Assembly (NCBI GenBank): GCA_045863335.1 | Contig: BTVY01000004.1 | Span: 139,354 to 203,353 of the forward strand | Source of the DNA: Candidatus Hydrogenedentota bacterium | Lineage (GTDB): Bacteria; Hydrogenedentota; Hydrogenedentia; Hydrogenedentales; SLHB01 | DNA: 64,000 bases | Direction: 5' to 3' | Part shown: in pieces, positions 36,440 through 46,932 of the stretch | Position numbering within the stretch: position 1 is the first letter of the stretch | Layout of the letters: each line of letters opens with the position of its first letter | The notes under the pieces: model-generated | The model's database searches: none | What the model saw: only the letters and a program-made list of their open reading frames with translations | Told to the model about the DNA's origin: nothing | Made by a program: the position numbers and the translations under genes

Positions 36440-38334
36440 GACCAGGGGAATTCTCGACAGTGGAAACCGTGGGGCCGGCGAATAGACCAATCAGAACGCC
36501 GCTATGGGTCTGGCTGATCGTAGTGGTCCTGGCCCTGATCGAGCCGTTGACTCACCTTTGGATCGCCTTCGGGTTGCCCGACGGCAGCGTCCCCACGGGC
36601 CTTCACATCCCCGATACCATCTGCTTTCGCGTGTTCATGGATATGTTTGAATCCGGATTTCATTCGCCGCACGCGACCTGTCAGGCGCCGCATGGGTCTC
36701 AGTATATCGGTTATTTCGCCGTCCCGTATTATTGGCTCTACGGGGCGCTAGGGTTTGTGGGGCACGTGCTCCAGTTGAACGACTTCCTCCTGCTCGGCGT
36801 TGGCAATGGCCTTGTCGCTTTTCTTTACCTGTGGGTTGTCTACCGCTTCCTGGTTCAGGCCGCAACCCGGTTCGCGAATCTCGCCTTCGTGTTCTTTACC
36901 CTGGGCGGCGGTTTGGGTGGTGTGATGTATGTGTTGACCGGTCTCATGGGACTACACGAGGCGACGGGTTTTGAAGAAAACTTCGCGCGCCACGCCCTCT
37001 ACGAATTGATTGAAGGACCCGTTCTATCGCCGGTACTTCATTTTCCTCGCTTGTACTACGGCGTGGCGTTCGTCGTGTGTTACGGCAGCCTCACCCAACT
37101 GATCAAAGCGTCCAGGTCCGGCGCGAGCCGTCACGCCGTGTTCGCAGCGATACTGCTAGCAACGGCGTCGTTCATCAATACCCGGTTTGGAACCTTGGCG
37201 TGGGTGGTCGCGATGTTCTACCTGTACACGCAGGAAGATAGCGAAATGCGGCTTCGCGTGCGAGCGGCCGTCACGATGACCATTGCCGTGGGACTGGGGA
37301 TCGTGGCGGGCCTCCTGTTGTTGGGACTGAACCCGAGCATCGTCGGGACGACCGTATCCACCGTGCGCCAGGCCATGTGGCTCTTCCCGTTTTTGAGCGC
37401 AACGTTCTTCTTCCTGCTCCTGGTGCCGAACGAAATCCGCAGTTCTCTGCCTCGAATGCCGTTGCTTGGCCGGGCATGCAGTTGGGCTGCCATCGGATAC
37501 CTCGGCGTGTTCACGCTCTTGTACGTTGGGCATCAGGTGTATTGGGGAAACTACCTCAAAGGAGGTGAGCCGGACGCTGCCCTGTTCAGCTCCGACAAAG
37601 CCTTGATTGGCGCCGTTGCGGGGTTTGTCTTCGGCATGACGCGACGCGAGCGCGGCCGTCAACCTGATCCCGAATTGTCATGGGTCGTACTTTGGTTTCT
37701 GTCATTTCTAACAGTGGCCGTTTCGGCGTGGGGGAACGGGTGGTTCCTGAGCTTTTCGCCGCAACGATGCATGGCCATGTTGGGTGTCCCCATCGCGCTA
37801 CTGGCGGCACGCGGCGCGACGCGACTGCACAGCCACCGCCCAGTCGTGGCCCGCGCGGTCGTCCCAACAATCATTGCATGTGGAGTTACATCTGTCGCGG
37901 TGGGCGCGCTGTGCTTTCAAGGACCGCTCTTCCACGAACCCGGCCGGGATCCTTTTTCCTGGCACCACATGGAAGCAATGACGGAGGCGGATGCGAATCT
38001 GCTCGACCATTTGGGCCCGGGCGTCGTGCTCGCGCCAAAGCCGATTTCGGACGTTATCGCGCTTCGTCCGGGGAACTCCGTACTGTTTGGCGCGGCGACC
38101 GGACACGCGGACCAGTTGTACGAGACGATGAAGGAAGGTGTCGAACGGTTCTTCGATCCGAATACCGGCAACGAATACCGTAAGCAGTTTTTAACGGAGT
38201 GGTGCGTGGACTACATCTATTGTCCCGACACGTTTCCCGTTCATCCGGAAACATTGGCGGGGATTACGTCAATGGAAGAACTGGCTGTCGCCGGTCGCGC
38301 GGGAAACGCGGTCCTATTCAGGCGCGTGAAGTAG
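36436..38334 (+). CDS. Polytopic membrane protein, possible GT-C glycosyltransferase
   Basis: Many TM segments with a large first loop and a soluble C-terminus (RKQFLTEWCVDYIY); GTGA coupling to the flippase. Confidence 0.55.
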   Translation: MRPGEFSTVETVGPANRPIRTPLWVWLIVVVLALIEPLTHLWIAFGLPDGSVPTGLHIPDTICFRVFMDMFESGFHSPHATCQAPHGSQYIGYFAVPYYWLYGALGFVGHVLQLNDFLLLGVGNGLVAFLYLWVVYRFLVQAATRFANLAFVFFTLGGGLGGVMYVLTGLMGLHEATGFEENFARHALYELIEGPVLSPVLHFPRLYYGVAFVVCYGSLTQLIKASRSGASRHAVFAAILLATASFINTRFGTLAWVVAMFYLYTQEDSEMRLRVRAAVTMTIAVGLGIVAGLLLLGLNPSIVGTTVSTVRQAMWLFPFLSATFFFLLLVPNEIRSSLPRMPLLGRACSWAAIGYLGVFTLLYVGHQVYWGNYLKGGEPDAALFSSDKALIGAVAGFVFGMTRRERGRQPDPELSWVVLWFLSFLTVAVSAWGNGWFLSFSPQRCMAMLGVPIALLAARGATRLHSHRPVVARAVVPTIIACGVTSVAVGALCFQGPLFHEPGRDPFSWHHMEAMTEADANLLDHLGPGVVLAPKPISDVIALRPGNSVLFGAATGHADQLYETMKEGVERFFDPNTGNEYRKQFLTEWCVDYIYCPDTFPVHPETLAGITSMEELAVAGRAGNAVLFRRVK

Positions 38335-38367
38335 CGCGTGGTTAATCGAATCGCCCGACTACACGTC

Positions 38368-39192
38368 TCACATCGAAATTGTATCGCCTACGGGATCTTC
38401 GCCTAGCAATAGCCGGATGACCGCATTGGCCTGGTGGTGGGCGGCGACCCCGACGCGCGGCGCCATCAGCCCCGTCCCCGGTTGCGCCGCGGTTGTGAGA
38501 TCGCCGACGACCGTGATCCCGGTGCCGAGCTTGCGGGTAACCACCGTATTGCTTGGGGCGTGGCCAGCGAGGCCGGTGGCTACCACGATGGGTGTTTTGG
38601 GACGGGCGCGCCGGAAACTCTCGGTCAACATCGCCTTCTCCTCCGCCACGTCGAAGGCCTCGGCCAGCACATCCACGTGCGCGAAGATTGCGGGTACGTT
38701 CGCGGGAGTCAGCCGTTCCGTGTGGGTCTCCAAGGCAACGTACGGATTGACGCGGGATAGGTTGGCGCTCAAGGCCTGCGTCTTCAGCATGCCCACCTGA
38801 TCGAAGAAATACTGCTGCCGGTTCAGATTGCTGGGTTCGACCACGTCGAAATCGACCAGCACGAGTTTGCCCACACCCACCCGCGCCAGGGCGATAGCAA
38901 TCGCGGAACCGAGACCTCCGAGACCGGCAATACCGACGCAGGACTGCTTTAACACGGCGTGCACGCCCGGGGTATGACGGGCGGCCATAAGCGCCTCCAT
39001 CTCATCCTGCCGCGGCGCTTCGCCTCGTCGAATGAAGACCACCTCGTCGCCTTCGGAGAGCACGCAATCGCTTCGGGCCGGCGCGCCGTTCAACACCACG
39101 ATATCCGCATCCGGCTTCACCTCGTCCCGCAACTGGAACAAGGTTTTGCTATCTTCAATATCGACGGGCTTTTCGGAAAGCAGAATCTTCAT
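38368..39192 (-). CDS. thiF: Sulfur-carrier adenylyltransferase ThiF with an N-terminal ThiS-like domain
   Basis: N-terminal ubiquitin-like ...LSEGDEVVFIRRG; ARHTPG, GLGGLGS, DFDVVEPSNLNRQQY, APRVGVAAHHQAN. Confidence 0.88.
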   Translation of the reverse strand: MKILLSEKPVDIEDSKTLFQLRDEVKPDADIVVLNGAPARSDCVLSEGDEVVFIRRGEAPRQDEMEALMAARHTPGVHAVLKQSCVGIAGLGGLGSAIAIALARVGVGKLVLVDFDVVEPSNLNRQQYFFDQVGMLKTQALSANLSRVNPYVALETHTERLTPANVPAIFAHVDVLAEAFDVAEEKAMLTESFRRARPKTPIVVATGLAGHAPSNTVVTRKLGTGITVVGDLTTAAQPGTGLMAPRVGVAAHHQANAVIRLLLGEDPVGDTISM

Positions 39193-39229
39193 CAACGTAT
39201 CCTCATCAGAACGACGCAGCTTAGCGGAT

Positions 39230-39243
39230 AATCCTATAGGATT
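39230..39243. promoter_or_regulatory. Perfect 14-bp palindrome upstream of thiF (putative operator)
   Basis: AATCCTATAGGATT, 38 bp upstream of the start codon. Confidence 0.45.
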
Positions 39244-39344
39244 TTGAACGCCGGTACCACGGGGCGCGGGAAGAAAGAATGCACCATTGAACAAGTCTGC
39301 CGTGCAGCCGGCAGAGGGCGATTGCGGCCGTCCCTCCGAAGACC

Positions 39345-41924
39345 TCACGAACCGGGAAGATTCACTTTCAACATGGGATCCCCGTGAAGGTGATAGATTT
39401 CCAGGTTGTACTCCCGTCGAACCATATCGTCGCCAAGCCAGTTCCCTTGATGGAACATACCCCAACGGAACGCGGGCCCGAGCCGGTCGAAAGCCGGGCG
39501 CAATCGCCTAGTACTGATGCTCCCTTCGGCGTAGTTCGAATAGAGGGCGGCCATCAAACCGTCCAGTAAGCGGTCGTTCGCATCGGCATCACTGCCCCGA
39601 GCGGCAGCAATTACTGCGACTGCGCCGCCGTCGGGAAATCGCAACGCGCGCTCAGCGAAGCACTCGTTCTTCGGGCCGGTTTGCGGGATTTGGACGAGAC
39701 CCCAAGGGAAGCGTACGGTGTCGGTCTCATTGTCAAACCAGCCTGAATCGCAGTTCATACTGAAGACGACGGGGTAGAAGGCGGAGTCGGGGTCATCCAT
39801 GGGTATCATGTGTCCGGGGTCGGTATCGGAGTCACGCATTTCGAAGTTAGGGTGATGCCATCCTGAAAGCAGGCCGTGGTCGCAATGCACGACGAGCCCC
39901 TCGAGACCTTGCCGCCAGTTCGCCTGGATCGTGTCGGGCCCGGCATCCCACGAATAAGCGAGAATATCTGCGGGCAGCGCATGGCCATAGAAATCCGCGA
40001 CCGGATCCGGACCATCGTTCCGGTTGTAGCCAAACCGGACCGTCACTCCTTGGTCCGCTAGGAAGTCGCGAACGCGTTCCGCGCCAACGAAGAATTCCCA
40101 ATCGTCCTGTCCGTCTTGTCTGCCGATGCCGCCGTAGTCACCGCCCGGAGTTGGCGCTTCGAGGTACGGACGGCTCAGCAACAACTCGCTGTCGCTTACC
40201 ACCTCTTCGACGCGGTACCAGGGAGGACCTTCGGCAGGACTGGTCGCCGCGGCTAGATAGTCTCCCGGAAGAACATTGCCAATGAAGCCTTCGCCCACGC
40301 CACGCACTACCGGGCTTCCCAAGGTAAAGTCGAGGCGCGTTAACAGCCACGCGATGGGCCAGATCACATCGTCAAAATAACCGTACGTGGCGGCGTGTAG
40401 TGGGATGTCGCCTGGTGCGCGCGACTCGTACCGGATGACCTTGTCAACCACGGCCTTGGCTTCGTCGCGGTTATCGACCGAGATTCGGCCAAGGGCCACG
40501 TCGGGTTCGTAGTCGCCGCCGCGCAACGTTGAATAAGGCAGATCGGTTTCGACGGTCAATACATAGTCGAAGAACCCTGCCGGCGTGGGTTGTCCCCGGT
40601 AGTTCATGCCCTGGTGCGCGGGAATGAACTCCACGTCGCCAAACAAAAGAACTGCCGACATGGCTGCGGGTTCCGGCGTTGTAACGGTAGGCACCCGGTT
40701 CAGGTAATCCAACTCTTTAATGTAGTCGCGAATGCTCTCCGCGTCGGGGTAGTCCGTACCGTCGAGGGATGCCAAGTACACGCGCGTGCCGGAGTCCTGT
40801 CGCCACCGCGCCAGTCTGCGCGCCTGGCTGTATAGTTCGGGCCGGGTCACGATAAGGAGTTCGAAGGCATCGTCGCGAATGATATCCCGGTCGATGTCCA
40901 GGAGCATGCGGCTCAGAGTGCTTGCCGTCGCGAGTGGGACGAGTTCGCCATTCAGCATTTCCGTTGCCAGCCACTCCTCGGCCCCCATTTCCTGGATGCC
41001 TTTGTAGTCACCCAGGATATAGGGCAGTATCGGCGACTGCACACTCGAGAAATCGATTTGAATCCGAAGGCGCCGCGCCAGTATCAGTCGATGCTCAGCG
41101 GCAATGTACTGAACTGGAAAGACCCGTACCTTCAGTACATTCAGGTTGCCCAATTGAACCATATCGCTCTGGTATTCCCACCCGGGATACAGCGCACCGG
41201 ACTGATAGGACTCGTTATCTCGTTCAAATAGCGGACGCTGTTCCCGACGTTTCGTATTCTCGATCCATGCCGGGGGTTGAGCGGGGTACACATGGACGCC
41301 TTCGTACGGTTGCTTCAACTCGGGGGAAATGGTGATAGTCCATTGCGCCAATTCACCTGTCTGTGCGTCCTGCGGTATGGCCGCAAAGAACGTGAACGCG
41401 GGGAGTTCCGGCTTGCCGGGTTCCAGCGTCCGTTCCGCACCCGGAATCAGGATCCGATGATAGAGGTCTTGTACATCCGGCTTGATCGTTGCCGCGTTCC
41501 CGGGCAGGTGGAGTGTGCATTCGATGCGGGATAGGGTCGATGTGTGCTCCAGCGAGGGCTGCACCTGCGCGGGGTCTTCAGGCAACTTCGTGTTGAAGTC
41601 CAACGGCGGAATCACCGTTACATCCACCGTCGCGCTCGCCCCGCTGTGACGCCCCGACACCTTCAGCGAAGTCGTCCCTGGCCGTAACCCGTGAACCACC
41701 GCGGATGAATTCGCTCGCGCTATGAGCGGATTGTCAGGTTCGCAACGAACCTTCTTGTCCAGCGGATCGCTGGAGGAAACGCTGAGAGCGAACTCCGAGC
41801 CGAGTGGAACTTCGACGATGGCCGGTGCGACCTGAAATTCTACGGGTTCCGGGATCGGACAGCCCGAGAACATTGTGGTAAGAATTCCGGCCAGGAAGGT
41901 TGAGAGAACCGGTCCGATTCGCAT
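39345..41924 (-). CDS. Gingipain-family (C25) cysteine peptidase lipoprotein with Ig-like and propeptide domains
   Basis: Lipobox FSGC; PGKPELP propeptide; LLFGDVEFIP, TDLPY, VALGRI, catalytic HCDHG and SMNC, CFAE, YHLHGDP. Confidence 0.85.
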   Translation of the reverse strand: MRIGPVLSTFLAGILTTMFSGCPIPEPVEFQVAPAIVEVPLGSEFALSVSSSDPLDKKVRCEPDNPLIARANSSAVVHGLRPGTTSLKVSGRHSGASATVDVTVIPPLDFNTKLPEDPAQVQPSLEHTSTLSRIECTLHLPGNAATIKPDVQDLYHRILIPGAERTLEPGKPELPAFTFFAAIPQDAQTGELAQWTITISPELKQPYEGVHVYPAQPPAWIENTKRREQRPLFERDNESYQSGALYPGWEYQSDMVQLGNLNVLKVRVFPVQYIAAEHRLILARRLRIQIDFSSVQSPILPYILGDYKGIQEMGAEEWLATEMLNGELVPLATASTLSRMLLDIDRDIIRDDAFELLIVTRPELYSQARRLARWRQDSGTRVYLASLDGTDYPDAESIRDYIKELDYLNRVPTVTTPEPAAMSAVLLFGDVEFIPAHQGMNYRGQPTPAGFFDYVLTVETDLPYSTLRGGDYEPDVALGRISVDNRDEAKAVVDKVIRYESRAPGDIPLHAATYGYFDDVIWPIAWLLTRLDFTLGSPVVRGVGEGFIGNVLPGDYLAAATSPAEGPPWYRVEEVVSDSELLLSRPYLEAPTPGGDYGGIGRQDGQDDWEFFVGAERVRDFLADQGVTVRFGYNRNDGPDPVADFYGHALPADILAYSWDAGPDTIQANWRQGLEGLVVHCDHGLLSGWHHPNFEMRDSDTDPGHMIPMDDPDSAFYPVVFSMNCDSGWFDNETDTVRFPWGLVQIPQTGPKNECFAERALRFPDGGAVAVIAAARGSDADANDRLLDGLMAALYSNYAEGSISTRRLRPAFDRLGPAFRWGMFHQGNWLGDDMVRREYNLEIYHLHGDPMLKVNLPGS

Positions 41925-42163
41925 GGCAACTCCCCCTCCGGTTTCTGAACAGAAGCCGGAGCCTGCGTGGCCAAGCGCTCTATGCCCCCTGAGCGACAAA
42001 ACCGGAATCGGAACCGGGGACAGTTCAGTATACGCTCCCGTTCGATTTCCGTCCACAGGCTGGGCGAATCGTTGCTTGACTGCCCGCGATCGCTGTGCGA
42101 GGCTGTCACGGTGGTCCTCGGGATTCGGAATCACACGATCAAACGTGGCAGGGATTCAATTGG

Positions 42164-45100
42164 ATGCATAGATTCTTCTCGAAGTCTCTTCTTTCCATAG
42201 TCATTGCAACGTGCCCAGGATTCAGTAGCGCACAGGTGCCCGAAGAGGCTGGGCCCTTAGCGCGCGAACACATCGTGGCGCGCGGAGTTGCCACCCACCC
42301 CTGCGTCACCCTTACCCCGGAGGATGTTAAGGAAACGAAGCACCGGGTCGGGGAGTATCCATGGGCGCGGGCTTTGCAGGTCAAGATCATCGAGTCCGCT
42401 GAACCTTGGCTGCGGGAATCGGACTCGTATTGGCTGGAATTTCTGCCGGAACCGGGCGCCTGCTATGCCTACGGGTTTACGGGCGATCCGGTTACGGGAA
42501 CTACCTTTGGCACGTGGTCGGGAGCGCGGTGTGATTGGGACCATCCGGGGCAGGTGCGGAACACGGAAGGCCGGCGGTTTCCGAACGAGGAGTATCCCGA
42601 CGACGGGGAAGGCTACGTCGCTAAAGACGGCCGCGTCCACTATTTCGTCGGAATCTTCAACGCCTGGGTGACGGAACAGTGGACCCTCAACGCGCTGCCC
42701 GCGCTATCGCAGGCCTATCTGCTGATCGGTGACGAACGCTACGCGGATCGTGGCACGCTGCTGCTCGATGCGTTGGCGTCTATCTATTCCGAATCGACTT
42801 CGGGATCCTGGGATTATCCGAGCAATCCGCCCAGCGGCCGTTTCGCGCGGCCCTGGTATCAGGTGGCGCGGACGCTGGTGAAGTACGTGGATCAGTACGA
42901 TTTCATGTATCACAGCCCGTCCATGGACAAACCGTCGCGGCGGGCCGGATTCACGCGCCGCGAGAACATCGAACAGCACCTGCTCCTGGACGGCGCGTAC
43001 TACTGCTACCAACACAGTTTCGACGGCGCACTGCACAATGGGCACGCCGACTATCTGCGCGGGGCGCTGGCGGTGGGGTGCGCCATGGATATCCCGGAGT
43101 ACGTGGCAGCCGCGGTGGAGAGTCCCTTCTCCATATCCACCATGCTTGGCAACAACATCGATCGCGATGGGCGCTACTACGAAAGCGCATTGGGCTACGC
43201 CGTTCACGCACGGCTCTTGTATCTGACTTTCGCCGACCCGCTGTACAACCTCCGCAGCGCCGAGTATCCGAACGGAATCAACCTGTACGACGACCCGCGG
43301 ATGCAGACGAGTCTCCTCCTGCCTGATTTGCAGGTCGAATTGGCCGGACGCCGCCCGAATTTTGGCGATAGCGCGCCCGAACCTAGTTACCGAAAACCGC
43401 CGGAGCATCCGTTCTCCAAGACCGACTATCTGTTTCTGGAGCGGCTCTACGCTATGACGTCGAATTCCGAGCAGCGCGCCACCTTCGGCAGTGCGCTTCA
43501 GTACCTAGCCCAAGGCAATCTGGAAACCGTGCGCGCAGAGCATGCCGACGAATGGATGCTCTGGCATGCCGCCTCGGTGCCTGACTTGCCGGAGGCGCTC
43601 TCTCAGGTGCTCAACGAGCGCCTGCACGGGTCTTGGGTCGCCGGTGCGAAGGGCCTCGCCCTCCTGCGTGGCGGCGATCAGGCGGCCTTGCTTCGCTTCG
43701 GACCAAGCCTAAATCACGGCGATCCCGACGATCTGGGCCTGCTCTATTACGCAAACGGATACGAACTCAGTTACGACATCGGCTACGGACTCGGCAGCAC
43801 GCACACCCATGTGGGCTGGGCGTCGAGTACGGTCAGCCATTGTCTCGTGACCGTTGACGAGACCAACCAGCTTGCCGGTGAAGGATCGGGCGGGAGTCTC
43901 AACTACTTCGCCGCATTGCCCGGCGTGCAAGTCGTCGATGCGTCGAGTCCGCTCAGTTATTCGGCACAGGGCGTGAGCGATTACCGGCGCACCGTGGCCC
44001 TCGTGAACGCGGGCGGATATCTCGTCGACGTGTTTCGCGTGACCGGCGGACGCCAGCACGACTACGGCTTTGGAAGTATTGGCACTGAACTGACGGTCGA
44101 AGGCGTCGCGAAGCTCGAGCCGCACGAAGGCAGTCTGGCCGAGGGCTACGACTGGGGACAGCAGATCGGCAATGATGGCGATATCAAGGGGCATCCCAAC
44201 AAGCCCTACTGGAACCCGCCGCCGGGGAACGGGTACGGCTTTTTTTACAATGTGCGCCGCGGGAAGCCGGATTCTGTGTGGTCCGGCACCTGGAACATTG
44301 CGGGTGAAGCGCCGGCAAGATTGCGCATGCACATCCTGAGCGACCCGGGCGAGGCAATCGTCGCTTCCGCGCCCGGACTGTATCCAAACAAACCGCCCGC
44401 GAGTTACCTGTTGTCGAGACGCGTTGCGGGAGACGACAAGCCATTGTCCAGCACCTTCGTTTCCGTCTATGAATCCTTTGCTGCTGGCGAAGAGGACGCA
44501 CCTGTAATTCGGAGCGTTCGCCGCATCGGTACGGAAGCAATCGAGGTTGAGCGCGCGGACGGCGCCGTCGACGTTGTCCTCTGCGGAGGCGGTACGTTCG
44601 AAACGGCGTACGGCTCCATAATATTCGACGGCGACTTTGCATACCTGACTGGCGATGGAACCCGTGCCACCAGTGTCGATGTGTTGGGTTGCATAGATCT
44701 GAAAGTGAACGGGAATGTCCTCGATTCAGGTCCGGACGCTTTCGAAGCAACCGTCGTTGCGGCGGATCGCGATACGTGTTCGGTCGAACTAAACACGCCA
44801 ATTCCGGAGGGCTTGGAACAGTTGGTTGCGGTCTTCAGCAATCCGCTCTACTCAAGGACGACCGCCTATCATGTGGAAGCTGCCCAAGACTCGACCCTGG
44901 TGCTCCAGGGCAGCTCTTTCGTTGTGGGCAAAGGCCGCGTCGCGGAAATTCGGGATGAGCACACCATCGTCAGTGACGTGACCCACGAGTACGCAAAAAC
45001 GGTCCGCGCACAGCTCTCGACCCGCTACTTCGATGGCAAGACGATTGTGGGCGAAGATGGCGGAACCACTCGCGTGCGCGGGACGGAGCCCGGCACGCCG

Positions 45101-45223
45101 CTTGTTGTCACGGTCGACGATGCCTCGGTCCTGCAACCGGGTGAAGTGTTCGTGTATCGGGATGTGGTAGAAGGGGATACGGTGCGGATTGCCCTGCCCC
45201 GTACCCACACCATCACGGACTGA
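42164..45223 (+). CDS. Secreted heparinase II/III-like polysaccharide lyase
   Basis: Signal peptide; DGRYYESALGY, PNFGDS, NHGDPDDLGL, DIGYG, STVSHCLVTVD, YRRTVAL. Confidence 0.78.
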   Translation: MHRFFSKSLLSIVIATCPGFSSAQVPEEAGPLAREHIVARGVATHPCVTLTPEDVKETKHRVGEYPWARALQVKIIESAEPWLRESDSYWLEFLPEPGACYAYGFTGDPVTGTTFGTWSGARCDWDHPGQVRNTEGRRFPNEEYPDDGEGYVAKDGRVHYFVGIFNAWVTEQWTLNALPALSQAYLLIGDERYADRGTLLLDALASIYSESTSGSWDYPSNPPSGRFARPWYQVARTLVKYVDQYDFMYHSPSMDKPSRRAGFTRRENIEQHLLLDGAYYCYQHSFDGALHNGHADYLRGALAVGCAMDIPEYVAAAVESPFSISTMLGNNIDRDGRYYESALGYAVHARLLYLTFADPLYNLRSAEYPNGINLYDDPRMQTSLLLPDLQVELAGRRPNFGDSAPEPSYRKPPEHPFSKTDYLFLERLYAMTSNSEQRATFGSALQYLAQGNLETVRAEHADEWMLWHAASVPDLPEALSQVLNERLHGSWVAGAKGLALLRGGDQAALLRFGPSLNHGDPDDLGLLYYANGYELSYDIGYGLGSTHTHVGWASSTVSHCLVTVDETNQLAGEGSGGSLNYFAALPGVQVVDASSPLSYSAQGVSDYRRTVALVNAGGYLVDVFRVTGGRQHDYGFGSIGTELTVEGVAKLEPHEGSLAEGYDWGQQIGNDGDIKGHPNKPYWNPPPGNGYGFFYNVRRGKPDSVWSGTWNIAGEAPARLRMHILSDPGEAIVASAPGLYPNKPPASYLLSRRVAGDDKPLSSTFVSVYESFAAGEEDAPVIRSVRRIGTEAIEVERADGAVDVVLCGGGTFETAYGSIIFDGDFAYLTGDGTRATSVDVLGCIDLKVNGNVLDSGPDAFEATVVAADRDTCSVELNTPIPEGLEQLVAVFSNPLYSRTTAYHVEAAQDSTLVLQGSSFVVGKGRVAEIRDEHTIVSDVTHEYAKTVRAQLSTRYFDGKTIVGEDGGTTRVRGTEPGTPLVVTVDDASVLQPGEVFVYRDVVEGDTVRIALPRTHTITD

Positions 45224-45318
45224 CGGGGCGGCCCACGATTTGCTAGAATAGGACTTCAATTCGTGCGTGAGAAGTCCGTGGGGACAGGCGCGCCATAACC
45301 GGCCAATTGGAGGCGATC

Positions 45319-46269
45319 ATGAGACTGTGCCGTTTTGAACGCGATGGGGAAGAGTACGCGGGGTTCTATTTCGACAACAAGCTCGTGCCCGTTGGCGCGG
45401 CTGTGGATGCATGCGAGCAACACACACATAAGCGCCACGAATTGCCACAGGGATCAAGCCTGGTTTCTATGCTGGCCTGCGGCGAGCATCACGATGCGGC
45501 GGCCGCAGTGGGCGATTGGTTGAGCAAGAACCTCGACGGCGTCGACGCGCTGGATGTATCGAAGGTTCGTCTGTTAGCGCCGTTCCCGACGCCGCGGAAG
45601 CTGTTCTTGCTCGCGGGTAACTACGCGGCGCACATCGAAGAAGGCGGTGGCCATGCCGTGGAACGGGCGCGCACATTTCCCTACGTGTTCATGAAACCTA
45701 TATCGACGATCAATCACCCGAACGCGCCGGTGCCGATTCCATCCGTGTCGCCCGACCACATCGATTGGGAGGCCGAGCTGGCGGTGGTCATCGGCAAGGC
45801 GGCAAAACACGTCTCGGAAGCCGATGCCTTGAATTACGTCGCGGGATACACGGTCATCAACGACGTGTCCGACCGCGAGTACACCCCGAACCCTGGACGC
45901 GAGAAGCGGCCCAAAGACGAATTCTTTGACTGGCTGCACGGCAAGTGGCACGACGGGTTTTGCCCCATGGGACCTTGCGTCACTTCGGCCGAGGCCATCG
46001 GCGATCCGCAGAGTCTACAGATTACGCTCAAGGTAAACGGCGAGACCAAGCAGGATGCGTCAACGGCGTTGCAGATTTATCCCGTGGCCGGCGTAATCGA
46101 GTTCATCTCGCGATCCATCACGCTGGAACCGGGCGACATCATCTCGACCGGTACTCCGTCCGGCGTGGGCGCCGCGTCGGGTACGTACCTGCATCCCGGC
46201 GACGAAGTCGAAGTGAGCATCGACAAGATCGGCGTGCTCAAGAATCACATGGTCGCAGAGCAGGCGTAA
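45319..46269 (+). CDS. Fumarylacetoacetate hydrolase family protein
   Basis: GNYAAH, PYVFMKP, DWEAELAVVIG, NDVS, GKWHDGFCPMGP, TGTPSGVG. Confidence 0.92.
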   Translation: MRLCRFERDGEEYAGFYFDNKLVPVGAAVDACEQHTHKRHELPQGSSLVSMLACGEHHDAAAAVGDWLSKNLDGVDALDVSKVRLLAPFPTPRKLFLLAGNYAAHIEEGGGHAVERARTFPYVFMKPISTINHPNAPVPIPSVSPDHIDWEAELAVVIGKAAKHVSEADALNYVAGYTVINDVSDREYTPNPGREKRPKDEFFDWLHGKWHDGFCPMGPCVTSAEAIGDPQSLQITLKVNGETKQDASTALQIYPVAGVIEFISRSITLEPGDIISTGTPSGVGAASGTYLHPGDEVEVSIDKIGVLKNHMVAEQA

Positions 46270-46932
46270 GGCGCCAGCACCATAGCGTTTGCAGGCGCGT
46301 GATTCCGCATGGGGTCCCGCGTTCGGGGATTCCCCAAAAGGACCGCCCGCGGTTCTCGCCTTTGCGGGTTAGCATTTGTTTGCCGCACACGCGCGACGAA
46401 TGCCCCGGTACTGATAAGGAGTGGCAGTTCCGTCCCAAAACCAAGCTCGGACGTAACGTAGACTGTCTCATCGTGTCCAGATTTCTGGCGGAATTGGTGC
46501 AACCACTGGAGACTCCCGAGGGCCTGCAAATGATGGTGGTTCGCAGGACCGCCGTCGAAGGAGTGTTCGCTCGCAACAATGGCTTGCGAGGCTGGATTCG
46601 AAGCCGACGCCGGGGACTCAACGTTGTCCAGGCCGAGATGAAACGGCATCAACGTGCTCATGGCCTGTGCCCGCAGACGGGAGTCGGGCAATCCATGGCG
46701 CCACCGGAGGACCAAAACACCCGTGAACCAAACTAGAATCAGCGGCAAAGGCGATCCGTGATCCGCGATTGCGCATTCTTGGAGATTCTCCTGCACGCGG
46801 ATGACGGGGAGCTTGGTTTTGATCGGGGTGGTGGTGCGGTCGCCGCGTATGGATGCGCGGATGACATGGGACCAGGCATAGGGTAGGATTAGACCGGGAA
46901 TTCCAGCCGTAATCAGGTACCGGAGGGCCGTT

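Noticed and set aside
39193-39344. TPP riboswitch upstream of thiF
   Set aside because: No CTGAGA or CCTGAT...TAAT core on the minus strand.
42016-42026. GGGGACAGTTC match to the REP-like core (also near 25355)
   Set aside because: Only 11 bp, and one copy lies inside a coding sequence; chance cannot be excluded.
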